Position numbers and translations under genes: made by a program | In this document: in pieces, positions 1 through 14,100 of the stretch | Numbering within the stretch: position 1 is the stretch's first letter | How the letters are laid out: every line of letters begins with the position of its first letter | NCBI GenBank assembly: GCA_951406725.2 | Contig: OX597817.1 | Span: forward strand, 85,560,001 to 85,624,000 | DNA: 64,000 bases | Origin: Octopus vulgaris | Lineage: Eukaryota | Reading direction: 5' to 3' | Notes under the pieces: generated by a model | Seen by the model: only the letters and a program-made list of their open reading frames with translations | The model's database searches: none | What the model was told of the DNA's origin: nothing

Positions 1-137
1 ATTTTATTTGAAATCTATTCTCAAAAAGTTATGTCTAAAAGTTTCTCTTGCTTAAAGTAGCTCAGAAATCTTTGTTTTTATACTGATACTTTCTATGAAA
101 TATTGGATTCACTGGTATTATTATCTAACTAATAACT

Positions 138-138
<1 letters not shown>

Positions 139-192
<54 letters not shown>

Positions 193-198
193 GTAATA
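139..198. repeat. (AAT)n microsatellite
   Basis: Direct run of taa/aat triplets; explains the poly-Leu ORF 125..361. Confidence 0.95.
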
Positions 199-906
199 AT
201 TTATAAATCAGCATATCAGAATGAATATAATTGGAATTTAGGATGTATTGAATAATTGTAGCAGGCAGACGTATGATACTGTGTATGTAGTTTTTACAAA
301 TTAATTGCAACTTAAATATTGTTTTCTTCTTCAACTGTAAACTACAATTCCCCCTATTCATGTAACTTATACAATGAAGCTACAACGTTAATGGCAACAT
401 TTCTCTGGAAATAAAAGTATGCAACAATGAAAATGAAATTACACAATTTGTTTCAGCTAGTATTATTGTATTTATATCCATTTTTTTTGTTCTTCTCTCT
501 TTGTTTTTAATTTCCAGCAAATGTAATGGTATATCAGAAAATAATTAACTCCAGAGAGTTAGGGAAGTTTTATATTTTTGTTGTTAATCTTTGAAATAAA
601 AAACTAACATTATATTAGTTGGATAGCTTTGTTGTCTCAGTCTGTTTGTCTCTCTCTCTTTCTTTAGTTTTAATAGTTAACCAGATGGGGCACTTGTTAC
701 ATTGAGAAAGAAGAAAAATTTCAGTGACATTTCAGAAGTAGGACTATACATTTTCCTGGTGTAGAAAAATAGAAAAGGCTGAAATCTATTAATTCCAAGC
801 TGAAATCCATTAGCGCCAATGTTTTCCTTTTAAAAGAAAATTCTGTTGCCATCAGTTCATGTTTTGCATGCCTACACATATACAAATTTAACACTTTGTT
901 TTCTGA

Positions 907-940
<34 letters not shown>

Positions 941-2017
941 GTCTGTCTGTCTGTCTGTCTATTTCTCTCTCTCCCTCTATATATATATATATATATATAT
1001 ATTATTCAAATAAGCTATCATTATCTTTAAAAAAAATAATGACAAAGTGGCCAGCAAACAATCCTACCCTGACTTTTAATATATATATAATAATATGTCT
1101 CTGTTTATCTAGCTAGCAAGCTAGCTACTTGCCTGTCAATCTATGTCTGTCTCTGTGTATATTTATCTAACTATGTATCTATCTGCCTTTCTCTTTATTT
1201 ATCAACTACCCTTCTTTCTTCCTTCTTACCTCCCATCTTTAAGCATTTAAATGCTAATATCAAAATTAAATGTTATATTCATAGTTTTAGCTGTGCTGAA
1301 TTCTCTTTTCATAGAGTTTCTTTCTAACTGAGATAATTATTCAAAACTTTATGAGTTTGTTTTGAAACCATATTTTTATAAATTCCTTTTCAATTAACAT
1401 AAATGTTCAGATGTTAAAGCAATTTTCTGTAAACAAAAAAAATTCAAAAATGAAATAAAAATTTATATTTGAACAAGTGTTTTTAAAGTTTGAAACCAAA
1501 AGTTACACACTTCATTCAAAATTATTTGTTTCATTTGCTGAAAAATTAGTTCAAAATTGTTGAAAAATCAAATTTTTATATCATTTATTTTTTAGTAAGA
1601 TGAAATAAAAAATAAAGGTCTGCAAAATTTTCTAACAACTTTTTTCTCAACTAGAATAGAACAACCAAACCTAATATTTACAACAAAACTATTTCTTATC
1701 TGCTTTGGTTCTTTCTCTGTTCAAATTCTATTAGTTTTGCATGAAAGATAAATGCTATAGGTGGAAGACCAAAAGATCTTCACCAAGATTTTCTCTAATT
1801 AGTTTTTGTTGGGGACCAGACTATTTGGTTAAGGGGAAAAGCATATGAAATGTGATTGAACAAAGAGATTTTCCAATACTTATTTTATCAATACTTTTGA
1901 ATTTGAACTTGGAACTGAGAGGGACGAAATTAAAGACCATAAAATATATAGTCCTGTACTCTAACTCGTCAGCAATCAAATACAACCTAAAAATATTTTT
2001 ATAATTAAGTATACTAG

Positions 2018-2227
2018 GGTGAAAAGCAAGTAGAATCAGCACACTGGACAAAATGCTTAGAGGCATTTTATCAGTTTTTACATTCTGAGTTCCAAAGCTG
2101 GCATGGTTGACTTAGTCTTTCATCCTTTTGGGGTCGATAAATTAAGTATCAGTCAAGCACAGATGTGATGCAATTGACTAGCCCCACCCACAAAATTTCA
2201 GACTTTATACCTATAGTAGAAAGGATA
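2018..2227 (+). mobile_element. SINE family A copy (tRNA-like head, core cctttcatccttt.ggggtcgataaattaagtaccag)
   Basis: Aligns by eye with copies at 4551, 6774 and 15477; B-box-like gagttc.aa and the shared core are present. Confidence 0.75.
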
Positions 2228-2837
2228 ATAAAAGAAACTCATTTGAAAACAAATCTGCTTCATCATATTTGCTATTTTCATTAACTTTTTAAATTCCGTA
2301 ATTTCTTCTTTGATAAAATAATGGAACCTGTAACTTTTGAATCTTCACATTGAGTGTGAACCTGGTGCTTAGGATTATAACTTGTGATTCTTATTGGTTC
2401 ATCCAGAGATTTCAGTAGTAGTTTAGTTATTTGTGTTAACAGTTTAATGATGATGAAAAAAAATACACATATATATATATTATCATTATTATTTAATGTC
2501 CCTTTGTCTATGCAAGAAGGAATTAAGCAGAATTTATTGAGGCTGATTTTCTACAGCCACATGCCCCTCTAGTCACCAACTTTCATCTGTTTTCAAGCAA
2601 TGTATATATATAAAATTGTATTATAATATAATATATTATATTACTTACACACACACAAATAGATATTTAATGTGCATCATATGGATTTATAGGATTCTGT
2701 GGTAATCACAAAATGTCTCCACTAGTAGACCTGGCTTCACACCATATAGTAATCCATTACAGAGAAGCATAATGTAGAGTCCTATGCAGCTAAAATCCAG
2801 TGGATTCAATTAACAAAATTATTTCATGGAGAGTATA

Positions 2838-3169
2838 TAGATCATAAAATGTCAGATGGCATGGGAGATGAAGATATTTATTTCACCAGATGATATCCAT
2901 AGGATGTTGACCATTTCATAGCCTTCATCATGTAATAGTTTTCGCTTTAGTATATAATAAATTTTTTTAGATATCTGTACTAATATACATACTATACATT
3001 GCATAGTACTACAGAACATTTACAAATCAATGCAGATATAGATTCTTGCTCTTCAGATCACAGAACATCCTGGTTATATCAATTTTTCAACTCTGAAATG
3101 GGCATCATCCTATAGATATCAGCTGGTGAAATAAATACTCTCTCATACTCCCTGACATTTTATGTTCTA
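2838..3169. mobile_element. MITE-like element with ~80-bp imperfect terminal inverted repeats
   Basis: tagatcataaaatgtcag...tatttatttcaccagatgatatccataggatgttgaccatttca is matched by the reverse complement of ~3094-3169. Confidence 0.65.
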
Positions 3170-3194
3170 CACACAGACAGACAGACACACACAG

Positions 3195-3227
<33 letters not shown>

Positions 3228-4550
3228 GATAGAAAGTTGTGAAAAATATTAGTGATTCTAAACAGTTTCAACCAGAAACTGATACCATTTGCAGATCTGG
3301 TTCAATAATAAAGTATCACCTGCACTATTGCATCTACCAGTAATTTCATTATGATAATATAACAGCTCTACTAGATAGTGATTTCTGCTAAATTCTTCTG
3401 TCCTTCTCAGACTATTCTTCAAACTTCTCTGGATTATTTTTAAACAACCCTTGATGAGAATTATCATCATTATGTAAAGTCCTTCGATGACAGCCATTAT
3501 TGCATGTATCTGTGGAAATTTTGGTCCATACCATATTGAAATACTATCATGGTGATGTGCCATCTATTTACAGTGTATGCCTCAAAAGCAATATGAAGGT
3601 TCATTTGTTTTACTGACTTTTATTGGTCATTGAACAAGGTGATGTAGCTGTTTCCAGTTTGCAAAGACACCAATTTTTCTCTCCATTATAAAATAACACA
3701 TTCATAAAATTGCATTGTAGAGATTCAACAGATGTTTTTCTTTGCACAAGTTAACATGTTAAGCAAAGAGACAACAAAGAAACTTGAATGTGACTGCTAC
3801 TTCCATTTTCTGCCATTACATGCCTTGAGAATGGATCAATTTATTTGAGTGGTGGGGATACACTATCCCATAATTCTCTCTCTCTCTCCCTCTCTCTGTT
3901 TATTTATCTGTTTATCTCCTATGTTTGTATGTGTGTGTCTCTCTCTCCCCATCTTCTTCACCCTCTATCGCTGTCACAGTTGATGGTTGGCAAACTATCG
4001 TCTTTGGTTTACCATTTCACAATCACTTCCATTGCTTTCAAAATTGTTCTTGCATGTAAGGCTAAAAGATGCAGTTGCTTACTTGATTTGCAGAAGTGCT
4101 ACCTCTGTTAAGATAAAATTTACATAGATATATATATGGTTTCTGTTAGTAAATCATATTTCCTACTTTTACCTACAAGGGCTCACAGATCTATCAACAA
4201 GCCGTAAAGATAGATTTGAAAAAGAATTGGTAAAAGTGCTGCCACAAAACCTTCATCTGTTTTATGAAATGCCATTGAATGAAAATTTTCTAGCTGTTTA
4301 TTGAATTTCCTATCAGCAAATAGCAAGCTTATTGTTTTCGCATTGTCTGTGACCTGTGTATTTCCTTCATATTTTGTCTTCATCATTGCCGACAAGAGAT
4401 TGCCTCCATATCTTAACAATTCTGTCTGTTTCACATTTTGAATTGAGTTTAGCTCTGTTTCCTTTATGTTATGTTTACATGAAGAAACCATTCTCTGAGT
4501 AACTCAGCTGTTGTCTCTGATGTATAGAAATCCAATATTGGTTTAATCCA

Positions 4551-4951
4551 AGGCAGCGAGCTGGCAGAAATGTTGGCACGCCAGGCAAAATGCTTAGCGG
4601 TATTTTGTCTGCCGCTATGTTCTGAGTTCAAATTCCACCGAGGTCAACTTTGCCTTTCATCCTTTCGGGGTCGATTAAATAAGTACCAGTTATGCACTGG
4701 GGTCAATATATTCGACTTAATCCGTTTGTCTGTCCTTGTTTGTCCTCCCTGTGTTTAGCCCCTTGTGGGTAGTAAAGAAATAGGTATTTCATCTCTCTTT
4801 ATGTTCTGAGTTCAAATTCTGCTGAGGTCAACTTTGCCTTTCATTCTTTCAGGACTCAATAAATTAAGTACCAGTTGCTTACTGGTGTCGATCTAATCGA
4901 CTGGCACCCTCCCCAGAAATTTCAGGCCATGTGCCTAGAGTAGAAAAGAAT
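4551..4951 (+). mobile_element. Dimeric SINE family A (tRNA-derived head, core repeated twice)
   Basis: Head ggcagcgagctggcagaa (A-box-like), gagttcaaattcc (B-box-like); core tttgcctttcat..ttt..gg..tc.at.aa.taagtaccagtt occurs at ~4650 and again at ~4835. Confidence 0.85.
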
Positions 4952-4957
4952 ATTGGT

Positions 4958-5175
4958 TTAATTCTTTTGTTACCATATTTCTATGATTGTTTCAACTAAT
5001 TTTGAAAATGATTAAGATTTTAGTAAAATAATTTTGTCATTGTTAAAGTAGATGTTTGGAATATAAAATACATGAAGTTTTTACAGAAGGTTTTAATTTA
5101 GATCACTTAAAAGCAAAAGTTTGTGTCATAGAATCAGGAGGAGTCTCAGGCAGGTTAAGATATTAAAAGGATTAA
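4958..5175. mobile_element. piggyBac-type MITE (TTAA-flanked), degenerate
   Basis: ttaa at both ends with imperfect inverted termini; the same family occurs in the opposite orientation at 42384-42611. Confidence 0.55.
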
Positions 5176-5439
5176 TAGTTTTAAGTAACTTTTTACAGCA
5201 GATTATGTAAATACCAATGATAGCTATTGTGCATTGTTATTCCTGAAATCTTTGTGACAAGCGTCTTTTGCCACCCAAATATTGGCTGTCAAGTGCCATT
5301 ATCTGAATCCCCTATAAGTGTGTCACAGAATGTTGTTGGCAGAACTTTCTACACAGTTCTATATAATACAAGAGTGTCTTGTGTAATGTCAGGTTACACA
5401 ACAGTCCTGCTAGTTTGCCTAGCTTCTGAAAAGCTTCTT

Positions 5440-5666
5440 TTATCTTTTACTTGTTTCAGTCATTAGACTGTGGTCATGCTGGGGCACCACCTTAAATAAA
5501 TTTTAGTTGAATGTATCAACCCCAGTACTTATTTTCCTCCTCCTTTTTTTTAAGCCTGCCACTTATACTACCAGTCTCTTTTACTGAACTGCTTAGTTAC
5601 TGGTACATAAACACACCAGCACTAGTTGTCAAGCAGTGGGTGGGAGACAAATACAGACACAAAGAT

Positions 5667-5706
<40 letters not shown>

Positions 5707-5885
5707 GTATATGTACAATTACATGACAGACTTCTTTCAGTTTCTTTCTACCAGATCCACTCACAAGGCTTTGGTTGGCCCATGGTTACAGCAGATGATA
5801 CTTGCCCAGTGTACTATGCAGTAGGAGTGAACTGTGAATCTTGTGGTTGGGAAGCAGGCTTCTTACCACACAACAATGCCTACAT
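5440..5885 (-). mobile_element. SINE family B copy
   Basis: Reverse complement of the family typified by 17085-17435 (ccttgtgagtggat.tggtaga.g.aaactgaaagaag; tail actgaaacaagtaaaaga). Confidence 0.75.
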
Positions 5886-6204
5886 TTAGGATCCTTTTCC
5901 TAATTTTAGGGTGGCACTCAAAAAAATATTTTTTTAAATTGTCATCTCTGAACACCTTATTAGGTTTAATTGCATCATACACAGTTAGCTGGTTGGTTTG
6001 TATTTCATAAGTTCACCATGGATACCTCTATGAGCCTGGGTTGTATTGTTGATGACCTTTTGTGATGTCCACTTCACTTCTGTCATGGTATTCAAGTTGC
6101 CGGAGATTTCATAATAGTTCTATCATGCCGTGTTGATCAGCAAATAAAGAAGTTGTTTATTGTTTACTTTCAATCATTTTGTTGTTTATATTCACAAACT
6201 GTAT

Positions 6205-6440
6205 GAAGGTGTGTGGTCTAGTGGTTAGAGTATTGCACTTAACAATTGTATGACAATGGTTTGAATTCCTGGGCTGAGCACTGTTTTGTATTCTTGAGCA
6301 AAACTTTTCATTTTATGTTGCTCCAGTCAACACAGCTGCAAATTCTCCAATGGACTAGCATTCCATTCAGGGAGATTGTTTTGATCTCAGTCATTTATAC
6401 ACTATGGAAATCAAGTAACCGGCTCTATGAATCCTTGGAC
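6205..6440 (+). mobile_element. tRNA-headed SINE, diverged
   Basis: tggtctagtgg A-box, ggtttgaattcc B-box, then a CORE-like ttcttgagcaaaac. Confidence 0.55.
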
Positions 6441-6773
6441 GCAAGATAGTACATTCATGAATTAGGATGCATGTGTGCATGCATGTCAGATGTACAACTT
6501 TAAGCATTTTGAATTCTTTGTGAAGTTGTTCAACCACTTTACTCATTCATCCACAGCTGTTAATGCAAATTCAAAAACATACCTCTTAAGTTCATATAGA
6601 ATTTAGTTATAATTAGACATCATACCATGTTATCTTAAAAGCTGAAGTTTGAATATTTATTTGTAACAGAGGCAGCATTATTACTAAGAGGTAACATTTA
6701 TCCCCACTTAAATGTAGATGTTCTGTTCAAACAAACTATATTGCAGTAGTTATCATGAGAGAAACTCTCAATA

Positions 6774-7008
6774 AGGTGGTGAGATGACAGAAACATTAGC
6801 ACGCTGGGCGAAATGTTTAGCAGTATTTCGTCTGCCAGTACATTCTGATTTCAAATTCTGCCGAGTTCGACTTTGCCTTTTATCCTTTCGGGGTCAATTA
6901 AATAAATACCAGTCATGCACTGGGGTCGATATAATCGACTTAGTCCGTTTGTCTGTCTTTGTTTGTCCTCTCTGTGTGTAGCCCCTTGTGGGCAGTAAAG
7001 AAATAAGA
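6774..7008 (+). mobile_element. SINE family A monomer
   Basis: Closely matches 4551-4785. Confidence 0.85.
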
Positions 7009-8439
7009 AACTCTCATATTGGCTTTTGGTGCAAAATGCAATCTTGTTTATATCACTAGCAGAAAGATAAATCCCCACCTACTAAGACCAACAGATCACA
7101 TGATTTTAACCTTCTTTAGTCGTGTCATTAATGAATGCTTGACCTCTAGAGATAGCAGCAATTCATCAACCCACCAGTGGGATATTATTTGTGTCACCAA
7201 TCAGCAGACTGCTTGAGATCATTCACCCAATTTCTGGGAGCATAAGACAGTGACTTTGTTATTTATTTTTGTGTTATCACCTATATCAACAATTGACGAT
7301 AATTATCTCACAGATCCCTCCTTAGTTTTTAAACTGTTGATTGTCTCTCATCCATTAAGATCTCGTACTTCTGTAGACTTTATTGTTTATCTTCCCTTTC
7401 AGCCAGTCTAATACAGTTTACATATCCTAAAACTTATTTCTGTATACATTTCTTGAAATTTTACTTTAGGTTGTTGTTGTTGTTGTTATAAAAACTGTCA
7501 GAAAATTCAGGGGATTTATCTTTTTCTTTGAAAGAAAAACTCACTTTAAAATGGAGACTAATAATATACCAAAAAAAAGCAAGAAAAAAAACCTTCATTT
7601 TCTTTGGTAAATATAGCTATTTTCCTGTGGCGCCCAAAGATGTCACAGATACTTTGAAGCAGTATTCAATTGATGAAATAAATATCAGACGATAGAAAAA
7701 AACTAACAAAACATATAGAGTGAAAATAACTCCTTTTAAAAGATTTTGGTGTTAGTTGTTTCTTGTTGGTTTTTATCTTGGGGGTGGTTGGTTTTTATAT
7801 ATTTTTTCCCACTGACTGTAGTTACTTTATTGGTTGTTTGATTGAATATGCAAATGTCAGCATTCTTTTGTTGATGTCTTTTTGAGAATAACACATTTTG
7901 TGTATATAGGTGGTAAGATCTTCCACCTACATGCATGCATACACACAGAGACATACACACATTGCCATTGAAAGTTCTATTCTTTTCAAAATACCATATA
8001 AGGAAATTCTATATCTACTTTAGGACATGTTTTTCTGTTCTAAACAGAATAATTTCTCTTTGAAAAGCTGGCAAATTGATGTGGATTAATGAGCAAAATT
8101 AATTGAAAGTGTTTCAAAATGATTTTGTCTGCTGCTCTTCATAGGCTTTTTAATAAGAAATTTATCATTTTTTTAATAAAATTGTTTTTACACACACACA
8201 CACATACAAAATCACACACACTCACATGCATATCCATATGCTCACACACAATCTCACCCTTAAACTCACACACATACATGATGATTAAATTCATATCAAC
8301 ATTTTATATCTATGCTATTTTTCTGCATGTATATTGAACATATTTCGCATGTGTATCAGATTTTTATATAATAAACTTCACAAACTGTATACAAGGATGT
8401 ATTGCGCACTCTCTATCATTGCCATATTGAGATATATTT

Positions 8440-10390
8440 CTAAACAATATAATCATTTAGAGGTGCTGCCCACAACGGCGAAGAGTAATTGTAGAGATGC
8501 TGGAGTAGCAGAGAGAAGATTCATGGAGGGCAGCTTCTGGAAAACCTATGACTAAGGAACAAACGTAAAAATTCTTCTGAGTGAGTCATAAGGATGTAAT
8601 GAGTGGAATAGGCATATTGTTAGCAGAAAAATAGATTAAGTATTTTGAGTTAGTGAGATTGTGAGATAGAATAATTGGATTCAGGTTAGCTTTAGACAAG
8701 ATGGTTGTTGTGCGAGAGTACAATGCTCCTTGGCAAGAATGGATTAGACCATTATAGATAAATAGTAGTGGTCTGAGTAAGTGAGGTAGTTCATGCTAAT
8801 TCCACTGTTCGTGTGTTGATAGTTCAAAATTGGAGTTCAAAGTTTACAGTTCGAGTTAGCATGTTGGATTGTTGGTTCTTAAAAGATTGTTGTTATGTTC
8901 CATGTGGTTACTGCCATTTGTTTCGATTATATTGTTATTACACTGTTGCAGTGTATTCATTTATCCATAAGGATATAACAGTGACAGTGACACTGATCTC
9001 TGCATACACACCACAACATCACAATCAGTATTAATAGATAAGTAAAAGGTTCCTTTTAATGAGCCCCTCCAATAAACTAACTCAATGACAAATGACAATA
9101 GCCTCATTATTGTAGCTGGTGATTTTAAAAGACATATTTGGCATCACCATGATGGTTTCTGGGGCTATGGGTATGGTTTAAGGAAGAATTAAAGCTCATA
9201 GAATTCTGAAATGTGAATGAGCCAACTATTAGCAAAATTATTTTTAGCAAAATGACCACCTTCCAATCAAGTGAATATACAAGCCAGCTAGACTTCATAG
9301 TTATCAGAAAGTGGGATGGACAGATGGAGAAAAGTGAATACTAAATCTTTCTCTGGTGAAGAATGTACTATTCAATGTAAACTACTGATTAGCGACTTCA
9401 GAGTAAGAACAAGACAGATCCAGAGATACAAGAGAATCTGTAGAAGTGAAAGGAACTTTTACTTGTCATAGGTTACGAAGAGTACTTCTTAACATAAATG
9501 ATGAGAGAGAAGAGGAAGTAAAGACTTTATAACATAGAGAATAACTAAAAGTTCCAGCCTGATGAAAGCTAAGAGACAGGTCAGGAAAGATTGGAAGTAA
9601 AAGAAGAACCAAGATCAATATCAAGTATATAGAAGAGAAGCTAGTTGTTAGATATACATATCAAGAAGGAAAGCTGAAAGTCAGAGACTTTCCAGTGTTT
9701 TGTGACAAGAGAATGAGAGGCATAACAAGAAGTGTGTATGGAATCATAGCAGTGCACTTACTGACATAGGAAATGACAGGTTATTAAACAATACTGCATG
9801 GGAGAGAGAAAGCTTTTTAAAAGAGATCTGAGCAGGGTAGTTAGTGAAATTGATTACCATAAATTAAAACAAAAACAATTAAAAATATGAAAACGGAGAA
9901 GGTAATTGGACCATATGGAATATTCATTCACTGGGCCAATCAGGTAATACTGAAAGGTGTCACTAGTACAGCACTATCATCATCACCTACTACAAGGGCT
10001 AGGATGATGCTCTAGATCACCACAGAGGCAACAAATTGATGGACCAGTTACTGAAAGAGGTATAACATAACCAAGTAGGATGAGTTTCCATTCAGGTTTG
10101 TGCTGGAATGAAGTACCATCGATGCTCTGGTGGTTGTTAAAATAACTGGATACCATAACCTGTTCAAAGGTACCGTATGCAAAGTGCAAGTCAACAACAA
10201 GCTCAGGAGGAATTTAGTGTGCAGGTATGTATCAGGGCTCATTTCTCACCTCACTTCAGTTATGTTATAGACCTCCAACCTTAACAGAGGAGTTTAAAAC
10301 TAGTTATAGATGGCTTACTTCTCATAGCTGAATCATACAGAAAGGCAGAAACTTGGAATAAGAATTGACTCAGACAATAAGGACTCTTCA
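8440..10390 (+). mobile_element. Highly decayed RTE-clade LINE (APE endonuclease plus RT remnants)
   Basis: Broken translations: GIGILLAEK (~8605), IVAGDF...GYGYG (~9110-9180), FRFVLE*STIDA resembling FGFVPGRSTTDA (~10090), EEFSVQV..HQGS-like (~10207). Confidence 0.65.
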
Positions 10391-12114
10391 AACACACACC
10401 AGCATGAAAAGCAGGTGTAAAGTGATTTTCTATGGTGTATGCATACACTTGTATCTGTGTATGTATGTGCATACACACACACGCAAACTAAAAAGTGATG
10501 AGTAATCCTTTGGTTCAATGTTGAAGTGTTTATAAATAATACATACATTCATAAATGTGTGTGTGTGTACACAAACATATATATATATATATTACTTGTG
10601 AATTAACACTGTTACTAATGTTTTTATGTGGTAAGAATTTTCATAATCACAATTTTTAAACATTCCAGTTAAAATTGCTTCCACAAAGAAAGCAATTAGC
10701 AACAGCTGTAAGTGGATTGCTTGAAAATTATTGAAATTCTTTCCATATGAAACCAATGGTAATATTGTTAATCCATAAATAACAAATAGTTATCCATTAA
10801 ATTAGGCATTGAGCACTCATTCTCACTATTCAATACTATAATGTATGTATACACACACACACACTCAAATTTATAGAGAGATATATAGAGATATACCCCT
10901 TAATATCTGATAAAGTTCCTAACTTGGGATACCTTTATATGCCATAGTGTGATATAATACTGCTGTAATATGTAAGGTTCCATAAAAGACTTCTGGCCAG
11001 GGTTTATATAGCCTTAAATTACCTCTGAGTGCATGTCCTTATTTTTTTCTACTTACATGTAATAATTCTACACCCATTATTTTATTGCTTACTTTTGCAA
11101 ACCTTGTAAACAATACTGGATTACCAATACTATTGTCTCAGTTTAATGGTTTAGTTAGGGTTCCTGAGACTGTGGGAGGAAAAGAAAAAGAAATTATCAT
11201 CAGTACATAGATCTGACCTGAATGCTTGCAATAGAATGGATTTTGGTAACAGCACTGTCTTTGACAGTACTGGCACCAGTATATTTCATATTTCTGATTG
11301 TGTGGTTGAGGAGTTTGCTTTTCAATCAAGCTCCTGTGTGCTTCTCAACTTTGGCAAAACCAAATGTGTTGCCCTTGACATTAACAAAACTTCCAACTAT
11401 ATCAGGTTCCCTTCTCTTGGAGCATAAGTTTCCTGTTGGGCAGGTATCAGTCAAACTATTAAAATCTGAGGAAACTCATGTTCAACATCAGTAGAATGTA
11501 ATCCAAATAATTCAAACAAAGGAATATGGTTTATGCAATGAAGAAGAAAAAATATTTAATGTTTTCGAGGTTTGCTCTTGCCTGGAAAGGGAAAATGAGA
11601 GAGAGAGAAAGAATAAAGATCTTAAGTCCAAATCATAAAATCTGAAACAAGAAAAAAGAGAAATGAGCAGATGAGAAGGGAAAGAAGAAAGCCAGTAAGT
11701 AATGGTATGTGAGGATTTGTGTATGGTGTAGGAGTAAAACAAGATGGGAGGAAGTAAATAGGGGAAAGAGGCGATCAAAGTAATAGGTAAGGAGAAAGGG
11801 AAACAATGAGAAAACTGAGCAAAGAGGGGAGGAAGCTAGAAACAAAGGGTCAAAAACACAATAAGATCACCCAGAGAGAGAGAGTGAGAAAAAGAGAGAA
11901 TGAAAATATGCTGGCAGAATCGGTCAAAACAATAGGTTTGGAGTAAAATAGCTTTAAAGAGTTGGTTATGCTGTGGGGGACAAGAATGTTAGGTGTGATA
12001 GAGAGAATGGTAGTAGAAAGTCTGTGAAAAGAAGTAGGGTGGAGAAGGAGGCTTGAAGAGAAAAATAAAACCCAAGCAGGTGCTTTATCTCCAAGAACTG
12101 AAACTATATCCATC

Positions 12115-12161
<47 letters not shown>

Positions 12162-12449
12162 CCACACACCCACAATCATACATATACACAGTAACACCTA
12201 CTCACCCACATATACACAACATGTATGCATGTATGTATATTAAGAAACTGATAAAAAGATTACTGCCTGAAAAAATGAAAAACTTTATTATTAAAAATTT
12301 GGTTACTAAAAATAAAATCTGTTGACATAAATGAAGTTAAAATAGAACATTGTTATTTGAATGTAGCTCTTTCCTCCATTTCAAAATTCAAGATTTGAAT
12401 TAGTTATGTTTATAAAGTTATTGCTAAGTAGTAGTGTTATTTTGTCTTT

Positions 12450-12950
12450 TGAAGAAGTATTGTTATGTTTATAGAGATAATTTATTGATAAAATGCTTTA
12501 CCATTTCTTTCCAATATTGTGATTCTCACTTAACTATTTGCAAATAAAGAAATATTTTGAATTTGCTTTTCCTGCTAATTTCTATGCATTCATATTTTAG
12601 GATTTTCCTTAATTCTGGCTGTTTTATTTGTTGTTTGTGTATTCTGAATCATTCACACTTTTCTTTCTTTCAATTCATGCCAACAGTTATTTTGAAAGAT
12701 TGTCTGTTTTCAAATTTTATCTCAGAAATAGTTTCCACATTGTTGAAGGTACTTGTTCTGCATATCCCATACTGTCTATCTCTACAAGTTTTAACAAGCG
12801 ATACAGAGTTATATTCTGTTATTTTTGCCCTTGTGAGGCACTTTTTAAGGTTCTTTGGTTGACATTCATCGTTGATTACTGTGCTTTCTTTGAAATCAAT
12901 ACATTTACCTTAATAGTTGGAAATGTGACCAACACACCCACTCTGACACC
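12450..12950 (-). mobile_element. Penelope-like element fragment (RT to GIY-YIG linker region)
   Basis: Minus strand reads QPKNLKKCLTRAKI...VKTCRDRQYGIC and QIKQPELRKI, resembling the PLE RQPxNLKxxLTRAK / CxxxxCxxC linker. Confidence 0.55.
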
Positions 12951-13679
12951 TCATCTCCACCAGCTTTATAATTCTAGTGCTTCTCCAATTATCCCCACTT
13001 GATGTGAACAGCCAAAAAGCAGCCATATAACTCATCCACAGCAAGAAACATACCCTACCCACTTATGCTTTAATCTCTCATATATTAGTGTAAAACTGCA
13101 TACATTTCTGTAGCTGTCCTACTCAATCAAAGGTTTTAATCTTGTAAGCTACATGGGGATTTCACAGATGTTGATGCTATGAAAAAGCAACTATTACACT
13201 CTGTAATTTGATGATTGGCATTAGAAACCATGCCAAAGCAGACATTGAAGCCCAAGGCAGTCCACTGACCCATCAGATTATGACAAACCACCAATACATG
13301 CCAGCATGGAAGACAGCTGTTAAATGATGATGGTGGCAATGACAACGACAATGGCAACAACTGTAAGGATGATGACAATGATGACTCTAAATTCATAAGA
13401 GTTGACAAACAGAATAACGTGCTTCTTGATATTTTTTGTCTGAATGTCTCTTCTTTTGGGCTTTTAATCCCATTATTTTCATATATTAGAACTTCTCTAA
13501 GTTTGAGTTGAATTTATTATAATTCTGGATCTGCCATTATCATACATCATAATCTTACCATTCAGTACGTAATGTTGTTTTGTGTGTGATAGATGACATT
13601 TGGGGTGTTATGAAATATTTGTAGTTTGCCTTTCAATTTGTTTTTAAAAAATAATGTAGTGATCAAGAAAGCATTTCCA

Positions 13680-14100
13680 TTCCACTAAGATGTATTCTTG
13701 AAAATTTCGATCAAATTCCATTTCTGCTTTGGTATTGCAGCTTTCCCTCTAAGAATACACTAATTGCTTCAAGGTAACTCTGTATGAAGAAGAAATGGTA
13801 TATTTCGTCTGATTTGGAAAGAAAATTAAGTCTTTATTCCACGGTCAATGGAGTCAAATGAATTGAGAGAATAACATAGCTGTTCTAGTGTTAGAAGGGT
13901 CCAAGTAGAAAAGTTGATTTAGGATTATGAGTCAGTATGTTTATAGTAAACGGAGGGGAAAATGTAGGGAGAATCAATAGTGGTAGGTTTATGAACGAAG
14001 GCAACAGAAATATCAGTAATTGAGGTAAATTCCATATTTTAGTAGAATTCAACAATAAAATTTGAAAAATATGAAGAAATATTGCCTGTATTACATTAGA
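13680..14100 (-). mobile_element. Penelope-like RT thumb fragment, decayed
   Basis: Minus strand reads VYYKHTDS...FSQF, resembling the PLE motif VYYKPTDSHSYL...SHP...IPYSQFLR. Confidence 0.5.

Noticed and set aside
3258-3820. ORF 3258..3563 and a faint THAP-like translation upstream
   Set aside because: No diagnostic motif intact; cannot be supported by eye.
4180-4230. Exon candidate GLTDLSTSRKDRFEKEL
   Set aside because: Weak acceptor (aag) and donor (gtaaaa); no recognisable homology.
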